Source of the DNA: Acutalibacteraceae bacterium
Lineage (GTDB): Bacteria > Bacillota > Clostridia > Oscillospirales > Acutalibacteraceae
Length of the DNA stretch: 64,000 bases
Assembly: GCA_045604605.1 (NCBI GenBank)
Contig: JAZUOL010000001.1
Coordinates: 496-64,495, forward strand
Direction of reading: 5' to 3'
This document shows positions 18,568 to 27,445 of this stretch, piece after piece. Positions within the stretch are counted from its first letter, which is position 1. The number at the start of each line of letters is the position of its first letter. The notes under the pieces are model-generated. The model was not told the DNA's origin and made no database searches. It saw only the letters and a list, made by a program, of their open reading frames with translations. The position numbers and the translations under genes are program-made.

Positions 18568-19662
18568 GTGTGCATTGGAATGGAAATGTCACCTATCAAA
18601 AAAATAGTAATAGCCTTAGTAGTGGTTACAGTTGCTTTGTCAGTTATTACCGCTAATAATATGGCTTCAGTTATGCTTATTGTTGCTTCAAGAGAGGCAG
18701 GTTCAGCAGCTCAACAGAACGTGCAGACAAATACTGTTGTTCAGAATCAGACAAACAACAATTCACAGGGCAGCATGTCAAACAATAATTCTTCTGACAA
18801 TACTGTTTCTGATAACACAGGTGTTACACAGAATGATGCAACCAACAATGTTGTTCAGAATCAGACAAATAATGATGCATCAAACAACACATCTAATAAT
18901 GATTCTGCATCACAGAATGTTGAAACAACTGCTCCCGCAGCAGATAACAAGGGTGATGCTTCCGCTAATACTGATGCAGATAAAGATGCAGCAGATAAAG
19001 ATGCTGCGGATAATAAGAATGATGCAGATTCAGGCGCAAGCGCAAAGCTTTCCGACGAAGAAGTTGTTGATTTGTATAAGAAAGCTATGAACAACGCAAG
19101 AACCAAGTCAACTTCTGTTGTTCGCGTTAAGGATGGTGCTATCAACTACAAGGGTATTGTAGAGGCAGGAAAGCTTTCCAGTATCGCAAGCTCTTTGATG
19201 GGTATGTTTATGAAGTCTGATGCTTCAGCTATTGAAGCAAAGAATGAGGCTTGGGAAAAAGAAAAGCTTCCTGATGCAAGCGCTCTTACAGTAAATGGTC
19301 TTCAGAAAATTTCTTATGAAGATAAGGGCGACACATATGTTGTTACTCTTGTTGCAAAGAATGCAACTAATCCCAAAGCAGGTGCAGATGGCGTTGGTGC
19401 TATTTCAGGCGTTATCGAAGAATCCCAGATTACAGGCGCTATCGGTTCTGTTCCCGGTCTTGCATTGGAGGGTATCAGCATTGATTATGAGAATGTAACT
19501 TCTGTTGCAACAATTGATAAAGCAACAGGCAACCTTGTTGCTCTTAATCTTGATGCTCCTTGCGTTCTTAACATTGCATATGCAAAGGTTCCGCTTCTTG
19601 GCGAAGTAAACAATGCAAAGGTTGGTATTCAGGTTATTACAGAATACACAGTTGCATATTAA
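18568..19662 (+). CDS. Membrane-anchored protein with N/Q/D-rich low-complexity linker and a C-terminal globular domain of unknown function
   Basis: TM IVIALVVVTVALSVI. Repeats VVQNQTNN x2 and DKDAA x2. Start uncertain: GTG 18568, ATG 18580 or ATG 18586. Confidence 0.5.
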   Translation: MCIGMEMSPIKKIVIALVVVTVALSVITANNMASVMLIVASREAGSAAQQNVQTNTVVQNQTNNNSQGSMSNNNSSDNTVSDNTGVTQNDATNNVVQNQTNNDASNNTSNNDSASQNVETTAPAADNKGDASANTDADKDAADKDAADNKNDADSGASAKLSDEEVVDLYKKAMNNARTKSTSVVRVKDGAINYKGIVEAGKLSSIASSLMGMFMKSDASAIEAKNEAWEKEKLPDASALTVNGLQKISYEDKGDTYVVTLVAKNATNPKAGADGVGAISGVIEESQITGAIGSVPGLALEGISIDYENVTSVATIDKATGNLVALNLDAPCVLNIAYAKVPLLGEVNNAKVGIQVITEYTVAY

Positions 19663-19678
19663 TTCTGAAATACATAAT

Positions 19679-19708
19679 AAAAACAGCGTCCTTGAGACGC
19701 TGTTTTTT
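19679..19708 (+). terminator. Intrinsic terminator
   Basis: CAGCGTC / GACGCTG stem followed by TTTTTT. Confidence 0.7.
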
Positions 19709-19728
19709 AATCTGCGAAGGATATATTT

Positions 19729-20520
19729 ATGGTTGATTTGATTAGCTCTCAAAAAATTCGTGAGTTTTTAGATGATAGCTTGAAAAACAGAATAAAAATT
19801 GAAGTTCTGGAAAAAACGACTTCAACAAACGAACTTGTGCGGGGGTGTGCCGCAGAAAATAGTGAAGGTCTTGTTGTTATTGCAGGGGAACAAACTGCGG
19901 GTCGTGGCAGAATGGGTCGGTCTTTTTTCTCTCCGGGGAATTCAGGGGTGTATATGAGTATACTTCTGAAGCCTGCAATTAAGCCTTCAGATGCGGTTCA
20001 GATAACAACCGCCGCAGCTGTTGGCGTTTGCAAGGCGTTGAAGCTTTTGGGTATAAAAAAAACCGGCATTAAATGGGTTAATGATATATTTATAAATAAC
20101 AGAAAAGTTTGCGGAATTCTGACAGAATCAAGCTTTAATGCGCAAAGTGGTTTATTGGATTTTGCAGTTCTGGGTGTGGGCATAAATGTATATGAATCGG
20201 AGAATGGCTTTCCTGATGACATAAAAAATATTGCAGGTGCTGTTTTTGCTGAAAGACAGACAGACTTGCGAAACAGATTGGTAGCAGCATTCTTGAAAGA
20301 GTTTTTTGATTATTATGACAATATATCTTCCAAAAAACATTTAAATGAATACAGAGCAAACAGTTTTGTTTTAGGCAAGGAAATAACAGTAATTCAAGGG
20401 GATAAAACCGAAAAAGCAAAAGCTGTTGATATTGATGATGATTGCAATTTAGTTGCAGAATTTTCTGATGGCACCATAAAGAAGCTCTTTTCAGGAGAAA
20501 TATCTGTTAAATTAACTTAA
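19729..20520 (+). CDS. birA: Biotin-[acetyl-CoA-carboxylase] ligase, group I (no N-terminal HTH)
   Basis: GEQTAGRGRMGRSFFSP signature (GRGRxGR). 263 aa. Confidence 0.85.
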   Translation: MVDLISSQKIREFLDDSLKNRIKIEVLEKTTSTNELVRGCAAENSEGLVVIAGEQTAGRGRMGRSFFSPGNSGVYMSILLKPAIKPSDAVQITTAAAVGVCKALKLLGIKKTGIKWVNDIFINNRKVCGILTESSFNAQSGLLDFAVLGVGINVYESENGFPDDIKNIAGAVFAERQTDLRNRLVAAFLKEFFDYYDNISSKKHLNEYRANSFVLGKEITVIQGDKTEKAKAVDIDDDCNLVAEFSDGTIKKLFSGEISVKLT

Positions 20521-20687
20521 AAATTATTCATTTTCAACAATAATCCACCCTCTAAAATCGTCAAAGTATTGTTGTAAAAATTTCCTAATACTATTGCAAT
20601 TAGGAGAATTGTGTGGTAAAATCAGTTTGTATATATGGTAGTGTACTATCTTTTGGTGTGCTATCTTATCTGTTTAGGAGGATTTAT

Positions 20688-22373
20688 ATGAAAGCAACAA
20701 AGAAAATTGTTAGTGTTATCTTAGCAATAGCTCTTACTGTTGTGGCTTTTGTTGTACCGGTTAGTGCTGCTAAAGCTACTCCACTTGTTATTGTTGACGG
20801 TATCTTCTCAACAAAATTGTACAAAAATTTCGGTACAGAGGATGAAGCAGAGGTATTTGCAACAGATGATGCATCCCTTGAAGCAATGATCAAAGATATT
20901 GGCGATGCATTTGTTAAGAGCTGCGTGGCTTACGGAATTAACAAAAAGAATTACGATAAACTCGCTGATGAGTTTTTCCCTGTAGTTAATAAGTATCTTG
21001 AGCCCATCGGTTTTACCCCTGCAGGAAAGCCGGTTGACAGCACAGTTGGCTTCTATCAGAACAACAAGCCTATGTCCGAATATACCGACGCAGAAAAGGC
21101 AGAGCTTTCTGTTTTTGCAGAGGTTTATGCAGATAAATATGGCGAAGATAATGTTTACAATTTCAGTTATGACTGGCGTAAATCTCCTATTGATAGCGCT
21201 AAAGAATTGGATAAGTATATAGAAAATCTTCAGGATGAGCTTGGAGTTAAAAAGGTAAACGTTATTGCTATGAGCATGGGCGCTAACGTTGTTCTTGCTT
21301 ATCTTAACGCATTCGGCGGAAAGAGCATCAATAGCCTCGTTTTCGCATCTCCGGCTTGGCAGGGTACAAGCCTTGCAGGTAATGTTGCTATTAACAACAT
21401 TGAAATTGATATGTTCACAGTAGAGAACTATCTTGTTCAGCTTGCTAATGTTAGTGCAACCACACATATTGCTGCTTTCGTAATTTCATATATCGCAACT
21501 GATGAAGGTTTGTCAAAAGAATATTTCGGTGATATAAATAAAGCCATCGCAGGAATTCTTCCCAGACTTTATTCAGATACAATCATTCCTTTTATTGCAG
21601 GTATGCCCGGTTTCTGGTCACTTGTTCCCGATGATTATTATGAAGACGGTAAGGAATTCCTTTACGGCGATACAATTAAATCTTCATACAATAAGAAAAT
21701 TAATGCATATAACAAAATCCAAAGAAATGCAAAGAGCATTATTGAAGATGCTATGGATGACGGAATGAAGTTTGGTATTGTAGTTGGTTACAACTGCCAG
21801 ATGATTCCGATCAGCGATGAATATGAACAGAGCGACACAATTATTGATGTAAAATATGCAAGTGGTGGCGCAACTTGTTCAAAATATCTCCAGGCATTTG
21901 ATGACTGGACCAATATTTACAATCAGAAAAAGAGAGATGGTCACAACCACGTTTCTTGGGACTATAAAATCGATGCTTCTACTTGCATGTTCCCCGAACA
22001 GACTTGGTTCTTGAAGAATTTCCAGCATAATGGTTACGACCCCGATAACGGAACTACAGATATTATTATGTGGCTCCTCGGTTCATCAAAACAGAGAACA
22101 GTTTTCAGCGACAGAGAAAATTATCCTCAGTTCTCTCTTTACAATACCTATAAAAGAAAAGTACAGCCTAAATTTACAGATAGAATCATCGGAGACCTTG
22201 ATAATGATGGTGGCGTATCAACAGCAGATGCAAGACTTGCTCTTAAAATAGCTGCCGGTCAGAAGAGAATTTCCAAAGATGATGTTGTTTATGGCGACAT
22301 TGATGATGATGGCGGAATCACAACAAGTGATGCAAAAGACCTTCTTTCAATGGCAATCGGTATTGCAGTATAA
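20688..22373 (+). CDS. Secreted LCAT/PGAP1-like alpha/beta-hydrolase (lipase/esterase) with C-terminal type-I dockerin
   Basis: ATG 20688 after AGGAGG. Signal peptide ending VSAAKA. SYDWRKSP and AMSMGAN (nucleophile elbow). C-terminal duplicated DLDNDGGVSTAD / DIDDDGGITTSD dockerin repeats. Confidence 0.75.
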   Translation: MKATKKIVSVILAIALTVVAFVVPVSAAKATPLVIVDGIFSTKLYKNFGTEDEAEVFATDDASLEAMIKDIGDAFVKSCVAYGINKKNYDKLADEFFPVVNKYLEPIGFTPAGKPVDSTVGFYQNNKPMSEYTDAEKAELSVFAEVYADKYGEDNVYNFSYDWRKSPIDSAKELDKYIENLQDELGVKKVNVIAMSMGANVVLAYLNAFGGKSINSLVFASPAWQGTSLAGNVAINNIEIDMFTVENYLVQLANVSATTHIAAFVISYIATDEGLSKEYFGDINKAIAGILPRLYSDTIIPFIAGMPGFWSLVPDDYYEDGKEFLYGDTIKSSYNKKINAYNKIQRNAKSIIEDAMDDGMKFGIVVGYNCQMIPISDEYEQSDTIIDVKYASGGATCSKYLQAFDDWTNIYNQKKRDGHNHVSWDYKIDASTCMFPEQTWFLKNFQHNGYDPDNGTTDIIMWLLGSSKQRTVFSDRENYPQFSLYNTYKRKVQPKFTDRIIGDLDNDGGVSTADARLALKIAAGQKRISKDDVVYGDIDDDGGITTSDAKDLLSMAIGIAV

Positions 22374-22386
22374 ATATTAAATTTAG

Positions 22387-22415
22387 AGACACCCATTCGG
22401 GTGTCTTTATTTTTT
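22387..22415 (+). terminator. Intrinsic terminator
   Basis: AGACACCC / GGGTGTCT stem followed by a T-rich run. Confidence 0.7.
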
Positions 22416-22496
22416 GTAACTTAAATGTAATTGAAATAGATAATATGTTATGATATACTTATCATATGGTAGTGTATTCAAGAGAGGGGAATAAAT

Positions 22497-22979
22497 ATGA
22501 GCCAAACAATGACGAAAAAGGAAAACACAATTCAGGCATTAAAATTTGCGGCATTCTCTGCTTCTGCGGGAATCATTCAGGTAGTAAGCTTTACTTTACT
22601 GAATGAATTAGTGCCTCAGACAGATAGCTCTAATGCCATTATGCAATGGTTCTTTAATTCCGAATATGGTGCAAGCTATCTTGTAGCACTTGTTTTGTCA
22701 GTTCTTTGGAATTTTACATTTAATCGAAAATTCACTTTTAAATCTGCAACCAATATCCCTGTTGCAATGCTGAAGGTTTTTGGTTTTTACTGCATATTTA
22801 CACCTGTTTCTACAATACTTGGAGAATTGGCAGCCCAAAAAATGAGTTGGGGTTTTGCAGAGTATATTATTTTAGGCGTAACAATGATAACCAATATGGT
22901 GACTGAGTTTTTATTTTGCCGTTTCTTTGTTTATAAAGATAGTATGAATACCGCAAAGGAAAAAACAAATGCAAAATAA
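22497..22979 (+). CDS. GtrA-family membrane protein
   Basis: ~160 aa, four TM; WNFTFNRKFTFK motif typical of GtrA-like proteins. Confidence 0.65.
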   Translation: MSQTMTKKENTIQALKFAAFSASAGIIQVVSFTLLNELVPQTDSSNAIMQWFFNSEYGASYLVALVLSVLWNFTFNRKFTFKSATNIPVAMLKVFGFYCIFTPVSTILGELAAQKMSWGFAEYIILGVTMITNMVTEFLFCRFFVYKDSMNTAKEKTNAK

Positions 22980-24132
22980 AAGTATAAATCAGAAAACAAG
23001 AATATGCCCTGTTTCAAGAAAATGCGGTGGTTGTCAGCTTATGAATTTAAGCTATCCGGAGCAGTTAAAATTCAAACAGGCAAAGGTCGTTAAATTATTA
23101 GGTAGTTTTCATAGAGTTAATGAAATAATAGGAATGAAACATCCGTTTCATTATAGAAATAAGGTTCAGGCAGCCTTCGGAAAAACTCGCGGTGGTGAAA
23201 TAATATCGGGAGTTTATCAATCAAGCACTCATAACATTGTAAAAACCGATTGTTGTTTTATTGAAGACGAAAAAGCCGATGAAATTATTGTTACCATCAG
23301 AAAAATGGTAAAGGATTTCAAGCTTACCGTATATGATGATCAAAAAGGTAATGGTTTTCTGCGTCACGTTCTTGTTAAAAGAGGTTTTGCAACAAATCAG
23401 ATAATGGTTGTTCTTGTAACAGGAACAGGCGTTTTCCCTTCAAAAAACAATTTTATAAAAGAGCTTTTAAAAAAGCACCCTGAAATTACAACAATTGTTC
23501 AGAATGTGAATAATAAATTTACAAGTATGGTTTTGGGCGAAAAAGAGACTGTGCTTTACGGTAATGGTTATATTGAAGATGTTTTGTGTGGCCTTACATT
23601 CAGGATTTCACCCAAGTCCTTTTATCAGATTAATCCTGTTCAGACTGAAATTCTTTATAGTAAGGCAATTGAGTTTGCAAATCTTAAAGGTTCAGAAAAA
23701 GTAATTGATGCCTATTGTGGAATTGGAACAATCGGTATGGTAGCATCAAAAAGCGCGGGGCAGGTTATTGGTTGCGAGGTTAATCCTGATGCTATAAGAG
23801 ATGCTAAGGTTAATGCAAAAATCAATAATATCAATAATATAAGCTTTGTTTGTGCAGATGCGGGAGAATTTATGCTTGGTATGAAAGAGCAGGGAGAGGA
23901 ATGTGATGTTCTTTTAATGGATCCGCCAAGGGCAGGAAGTAATAAAAAGTTTCTTTCTTGTGCCGTTGCCCTTGCACCGGGAAAAATTGTTTATATTTCC
24001 TGTAATCCCGAAACTCAACAGAGAGATTTATATTATCTTATTAAAAACGGATATAAGGTTAAAAAAATACAACCCGTTGATATGTTTCCGTACACTGCCC
24101 ATGTAGAAACGGTTGTGCTTTTACAAAAGTAA
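22969..24132 (+). CDS. RumA/TrmA-family SAM-dependent RNA (uracil-C5)-methyltransferase, no TRAM domain
   Basis: N-terminal Cys cluster CPVSRKCGGCQ. FYQINP, DAYCGIGTIG (SAM motif I), LMDPPRAG, YISCNPET. Confidence 0.8.
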   Translation: MQNKSINQKTRICPVSRKCGGCQLMNLSYPEQLKFKQAKVVKLLGSFHRVNEIIGMKHPFHYRNKVQAAFGKTRGGEIISGVYQSSTHNIVKTDCCFIEDEKADEIIVTIRKMVKDFKLTVYDDQKGNGFLRHVLVKRGFATNQIMVVLVTGTGVFPSKNNFIKELLKKHPEITTIVQNVNNKFTSMVLGEKETVLYGNGYIEDVLCGLTFRISPKSFYQINPVQTEILYSKAIEFANLKGSEKVIDAYCGIGTIGMVASKSAGQVIGCEVNPDAIRDAKVNAKINNINNISFVCADAGEFMLGMKEQGEECDVLLMDPPRAGSNKKFLSCAVALAPGKIVYISCNPETQQRDLYYLIKNGYKVKKIQPVDMFPYTAHVETVVLLQK

Positions 24133-24192
24133 AAAGTTTATAATGATTTGAATAATATAACAAATGTTAAATTATAGAAGTGTGGTGAGAGA

Positions 24193-25377
24193 ATGGAAGG
24201 CTTGCTTTATATTACTTTAAATACGTTTTGTATCATGATACTTGCTATGGTGCTTGTTAAAATTTTGCGAAGCACAGATAAGCGTGTGTCCCAGGTGATG
24301 TACTCCTGGTTTATTATTGCTTCAATAATATTATGCTCCAGTGATTTGTTCTGGGGCGTTGTTGATATGACATATAACTGGAGTCTTTCGGATTCTGTGG
24401 ATTATGTAGCAAACGGAATATACCATATTTTTACAATTGTTGTTTGCTATTTGTGGTATTTGTTTGCTGAAAGTGAGCAGGAAACAAGAACGGTAAAAAC
24501 TAAACTCGGCTTGTGTATAAGCTTGATTCCGTTTATATATGATCTGGCGCTTATTATGGGCTCATCCTACAACGGGCTTGTTTTCAGTATTTCCGATTCG
24601 GGAGAGTATCAGCGTGGCGAAGGCTATATGCTTCATATTCTTATTTGCTTTTTCTATGTGACTCTTACATCGTCAAAGGCGTTTATAAGGTCTTTCTACA
24701 AAAAGAATTTTATGTTGAAGGAAAAGTACAGAACCCTAGCATCCTTCTGTTTAGTTCCTCTTCTGGCGGGCGTTTTGCAGGTGATTTTTGTAGGCTCACC
24801 AATGATTAGTGCAGGTGTTACTTTTGCGGCTATTCAGGTTTATATGAGTACCCGTGAGCAATTAATTTCTATTGACCCTCTTACAAAAATGAATAACAGA
24901 GCGGAAATGGTGCGTTTTCTTGATAATAAAATGAAAAACCGTAATACCAACAAGGATTTGTATCTGTTTATTATGGACTTGGATGGTTTCAAGAAGATTA
25001 ACGATAACTTTGGTCACGTTGAGGGTGACAATGCAATTATAATCACTGCAGAGACTTTAAAAACAGTTGTAAGAAAAACTAACTTCTTCATCTGCCGTTA
25101 TGGTGGAGATGAATTTGTTGTTGTAGGTGAGGTTAAGGAGGATTTTTCTCCCCAACAATTTATTGAAGATGTAAATATAGCTCTTAAAGATGCGGTTATT
25201 GAACATAAAAAGGAATATGATTTGCATATGAGCGTAGGCTATTTCAAGCATACGCCTGAAATTAGAAATATTGCAGAGTTCATTGCTGCGGCTGATAAAT
25301 ATCTTTACAGACAAAAGAACGAAAGAAGTCTGAAACGTGCAATAAAAGAAACGGTAGATAATTCTTTTAAAAAATAA
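24193..25377 (+). CDS. Membrane-bound diguanylate cyclase (GGDEF domain)
   Basis: About six N-terminal TM segments. DLDGFKKINDNFGH and RYGGDEF active-site motifs. Confidence 0.8.
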   Translation: MEGLLYITLNTFCIMILAMVLVKILRSTDKRVSQVMYSWFIIASIILCSSDLFWGVVDMTYNWSLSDSVDYVANGIYHIFTIVVCYLWYLFAESEQETRTVKTKLGLCISLIPFIYDLALIMGSSYNGLVFSISDSGEYQRGEGYMLHILICFFYVTLTSSKAFIRSFYKKNFMLKEKYRTLASFCLVPLLAGVLQVIFVGSPMISAGVTFAAIQVYMSTREQLISIDPLTKMNNRAEMVRFLDNKMKNRNTNKDLYLFIMDLDGFKKINDNFGHVEGDNAIIITAETLKTVVRKTNFFICRYGGDEFVVVGEVKEDFSPQQFIEDVNIALKDAVIEHKKEYDLHMSVGYFKHTPEIRNIAEFIAAADKYLYRQKNERSLKRAIKETVDNSFKK

Positions 25378-25388
25378 CTTAATAGGTA

Positions 25389-25417
25389 TTGACTGTAAAA
25401 AAAAATGGTAATAAAAT
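25389..25417 (+). promoter_or_regulatory. Candidate promoter of ddh-comFC with an A9 tract in the spacer
   Basis: TTGACT (25389-25394), 17-nt spacer containing A9 (25397-25405), TAAAAT (25412-25417). Confidence 0.45.
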
Positions 25418-25445
25418 TATAGTTGTTTTTTAAGGAGTGATACAA

Positions 25446-26426
25446 ATGATAAAGGTTGGTCTTTACGGCTATGGTAATATAGCAAAAGGTGTTGAGTGCG
25501 CTGTAAAACAGAATAAAGATATGGAAATTACTTGTGTTTTCACAAGAAGAAATCCCGAAACTGTTGAAACTATCTCAGGAGCAGCGGTTTACAGAACAGA
25601 TGATGTTTTAAAATATAAAAACGATATTGACGTTCTTGTAATGTGTGGCGGTAGCGCAACAGATTTGCCGGAGCAAACTCCTGCTATGGCGGAGCATTTT
25701 AATGTTGTTGACAGTTTCGATACTCATAAAAGAATTCCTGAGCATTTTGCAAATGTTGATGCAGCGGCGAAAAATGGCGGTAAAATAGGCATTATATCTG
25801 TTGGTTGGGATCCCGGTATGTTCTCTCTTAACCGACTTTACGGCAGTTGTATTCTCCCTGACGGAGCGGATTATACTTTCTGGGGTAAAGGCGTGAGCCA
25901 AGGTCATAGTGACGCTATAAGAAGAATTGAGGGCGTTATTGATGCAAGGCAATATACAATTCCTGTTGAAGAAGCTCTTGATGCAGTAAGAAGCGGTAGT
26001 GAACCTCAGCTTTCCACATGACATAAGCACACAAGAGAATGCTTTGTTGTGGCAGAGAAGGGCGCAGATGCGGAAAAAATAAAAAATGAAATAGTTACAA
26101 TGAAAAACTATTTTGATGAGTATGATACAACTGTGAATTTCATTTCTCAGGAAGAATTAGATCGAGACCATAAAGGTATTCCTCATGGTGGCTTTGTTAT
26201 CAGAACAGGTAAAACAGGAAAAGACCTTGAACACAATCATGTTATTGAATACAATCTTAAATTAGATTCTAATCCCGAGTTTACATCAAGTGTGATTGTT
26301 GCATTTGTAAGGGCGGCATATCGACTTAACAAGGAAGGTCAAAGCGGCTGTAAAACAGTGTTTGATATTCCTCCTGCATATCTTTCAGCAAAAAGCGGAG
26401 ATGAGCTCCGCAAAGAAATGCTTTAA
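25446..26426 (+). pseudogene. ddh: meso-Diaminopimelate D-dehydrogenase interrupted by one in-frame TGA (26019-26021)
   Basis: The two track ORFs (25437..26021 and 26049..26426) are in the same frame. Read-through gives ...SEPQLST*HKHTRECFVVAEKG..., colinear with the Ddh family (GYGN, GWDPGMFS, GxSQGHSDA, GIPHGGFVI). No SD before the GTG of the second ORF. Confidence 0.7.
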
Positions 26427-27109
26427 TGAAAATTAGTCCCATAAAGCTTTTGTATCCCCGACGCTGCAAGTACTGTAACAGCGTTATTGATATACGGCGA
26501 GAAATATGCCATACCTGTGAAAATACATTGCGCAGAATTGAAGACGAAATTTGTAAACTTTGCGGAAAAAGTGTCAAAGATTGTGACTGCGGCCATAAAA
26601 AGCATTTTTATAAATATGTTTGTGCGCCATTTTATTATGAAGGAGCAGCAAGCAGAGCGATCTGGTTTTTAAAATTTCGTAATATGACAAAGCTTTCAAA
26701 ACCTCTTGCGGAAGATATGGCGGAGTGCTTTTATCGTCATTACTCAGGCTATGATTTTGATTTGTGCACCTCTGTACCCTCTGCTAAAGAGGATTTTAAA
26801 AGGCGAGGTTATAATCAAGCAGAACTTCTGGCAAAGGATTTTTGTGAAATAACCGGACTTGAATATGCTGATGTGCTTGTTAAAAAGTTTTCGACACGTT
26901 CGCAACATGATTTGACCGGTGTGGAAAGAAGTGGTAATCTTCTTGGCTCAATAGTATTAAAGGATGATGTTAATGTGGATAATATGCGCATTCTTATAAT
27001 TGACGATATTAAAACCACAGGCTCAACTCTCAACGAATGTGCCAAGATTCTTCTGATAAGTGGAGCGGCAGAGGTTTTTTGCCTGACAGTTGCCTTAACA
27101 AATAAATAA
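26426..27109 (+). CDS. comFC: ComF-family protein (zinc-ribbon plus phosphoribosyltransferase-like domain)
   Basis: N-terminal CxxC pairs (CKYC, CHTC, CKLC); C-terminal ILIIDDIKTTGST PRTase motif. Confidence 0.75.
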   Translation: MKISPIKLLYPRRCKYCNSVIDIRREICHTCENTLRRIEDEICKLCGKSVKDCDCGHKKHFYKYVCAPFYYEGAASRAIWFLKFRNMTKLSKPLAEDMAECFYRHYSGYDFDLCTSVPSAKEDFKRRGYNQAELLAKDFCEITGLEYADVLVKKFSTRSQHDLTGVERSGNLLGSIVLKDDVNVDNMRILIIDDIKTTGSTLNECAKILLISGAAEVFCLTVALTNK

Positions 27110-27110
27110 T

Positions 27111-27155
27111 AGTCGGTTACACATAACTTATGTAGTTGTGTGTGACCGATTTTTT
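27111..27155 (+). terminator. Intrinsic terminator after comFC
   Basis: GTCGGTTACACA...TGTGTGACCGAT imperfect stem followed by TTTTT. Confidence 0.55.
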
Positions 27156-27363
27156 ATTTGTTCTTTGTTTAAATATGCATGAATGGTGAATAATATACAA
27201 AATTATACAGGCGTGAATCATAAGGATGTATATTACATTATAATAAGTAAAAGTTTTTTGTATATAAAAATACTGAAAAATACACAAAAAACACAGATAA
27301 AACAAGGGGTTTTACTGCAAAAAGGCGAAAATGCACAAAAATCAAATTATTTATTCAAAAAGG

Positions 27364-27393
27364 TTGACTTTTTTGTGTTGAAGGTGTATAACT
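27364..27393 (+). promoter_or_regulatory. Candidate arg operon promoter
   Basis: TTGACT (27364-27369), then TG-n-ATAACT / TATAAC around 27385-27393. Confidence 0.45.
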
Positions 27394-27403
27394 ATGCATA
27401 TCG

Positions 27404-27421
27404 AATGAATATTTTTGCAAA
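27404..27421 (+). promoter_or_regulatory. Candidate ArgR/AhrC operator (ARG box) overlapping the transcription start
   Basis: AATGAATATTTTTGCAAA matches the TGAAT-(A/T)n-T(G/T)CA ARG-box pattern. It lies 24 nt upstream of the argG ATG. Confidence 0.4.
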
Positions 27422-27445
27422 ACTTGCATTTTGGAGGAAATAAAA

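Noticed and set aside
18632-19090. 152-aa alternative-frame ORF within the low-complexity region of 18568..19662 (and 18861..19145 antisense).
   Set aside because: Repeat-driven open frames. The main frame has a TM anchor, a consensus promoter upstream and a structured C-terminal domain.
20808-21467. Long antisense ORFs inside clear genes. Examples: 20808..21467, 34406..34996, 10152..10631, 50153..50698, 41025..41537, 30885..31400, 5424..5837, 3020..3448.
   Set aside because: Each lies opposite a gene with strong family motifs. Their products are low-complexity and Cys/Phe/Ile/Asn-rich, with no motifs or SD sequences. This is typical antisense-frame openness caused by codon bias.
26019-26075. 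Selenocysteine or genetic-code reassignment at the ddh UGA.
   Set aside because: TGA terminates other genes in the window. By my by-eye alignment to C. glutamicum Ddh the position is a basic residue in homologues, not Cys. I could only draw a weak, bulged 5-6-bp hairpin downstream, not a convincing SECIS.
27117-27443. ORFs 27117..27305 (minus) and 27183..27443 (plus) in the arg leader.
   Set aside because: AT-rich regulatory spacer with Ile/Lys/Asn/Tyr-rich products and no SD. The region is better explained by promoter and ARG-box-like sites.
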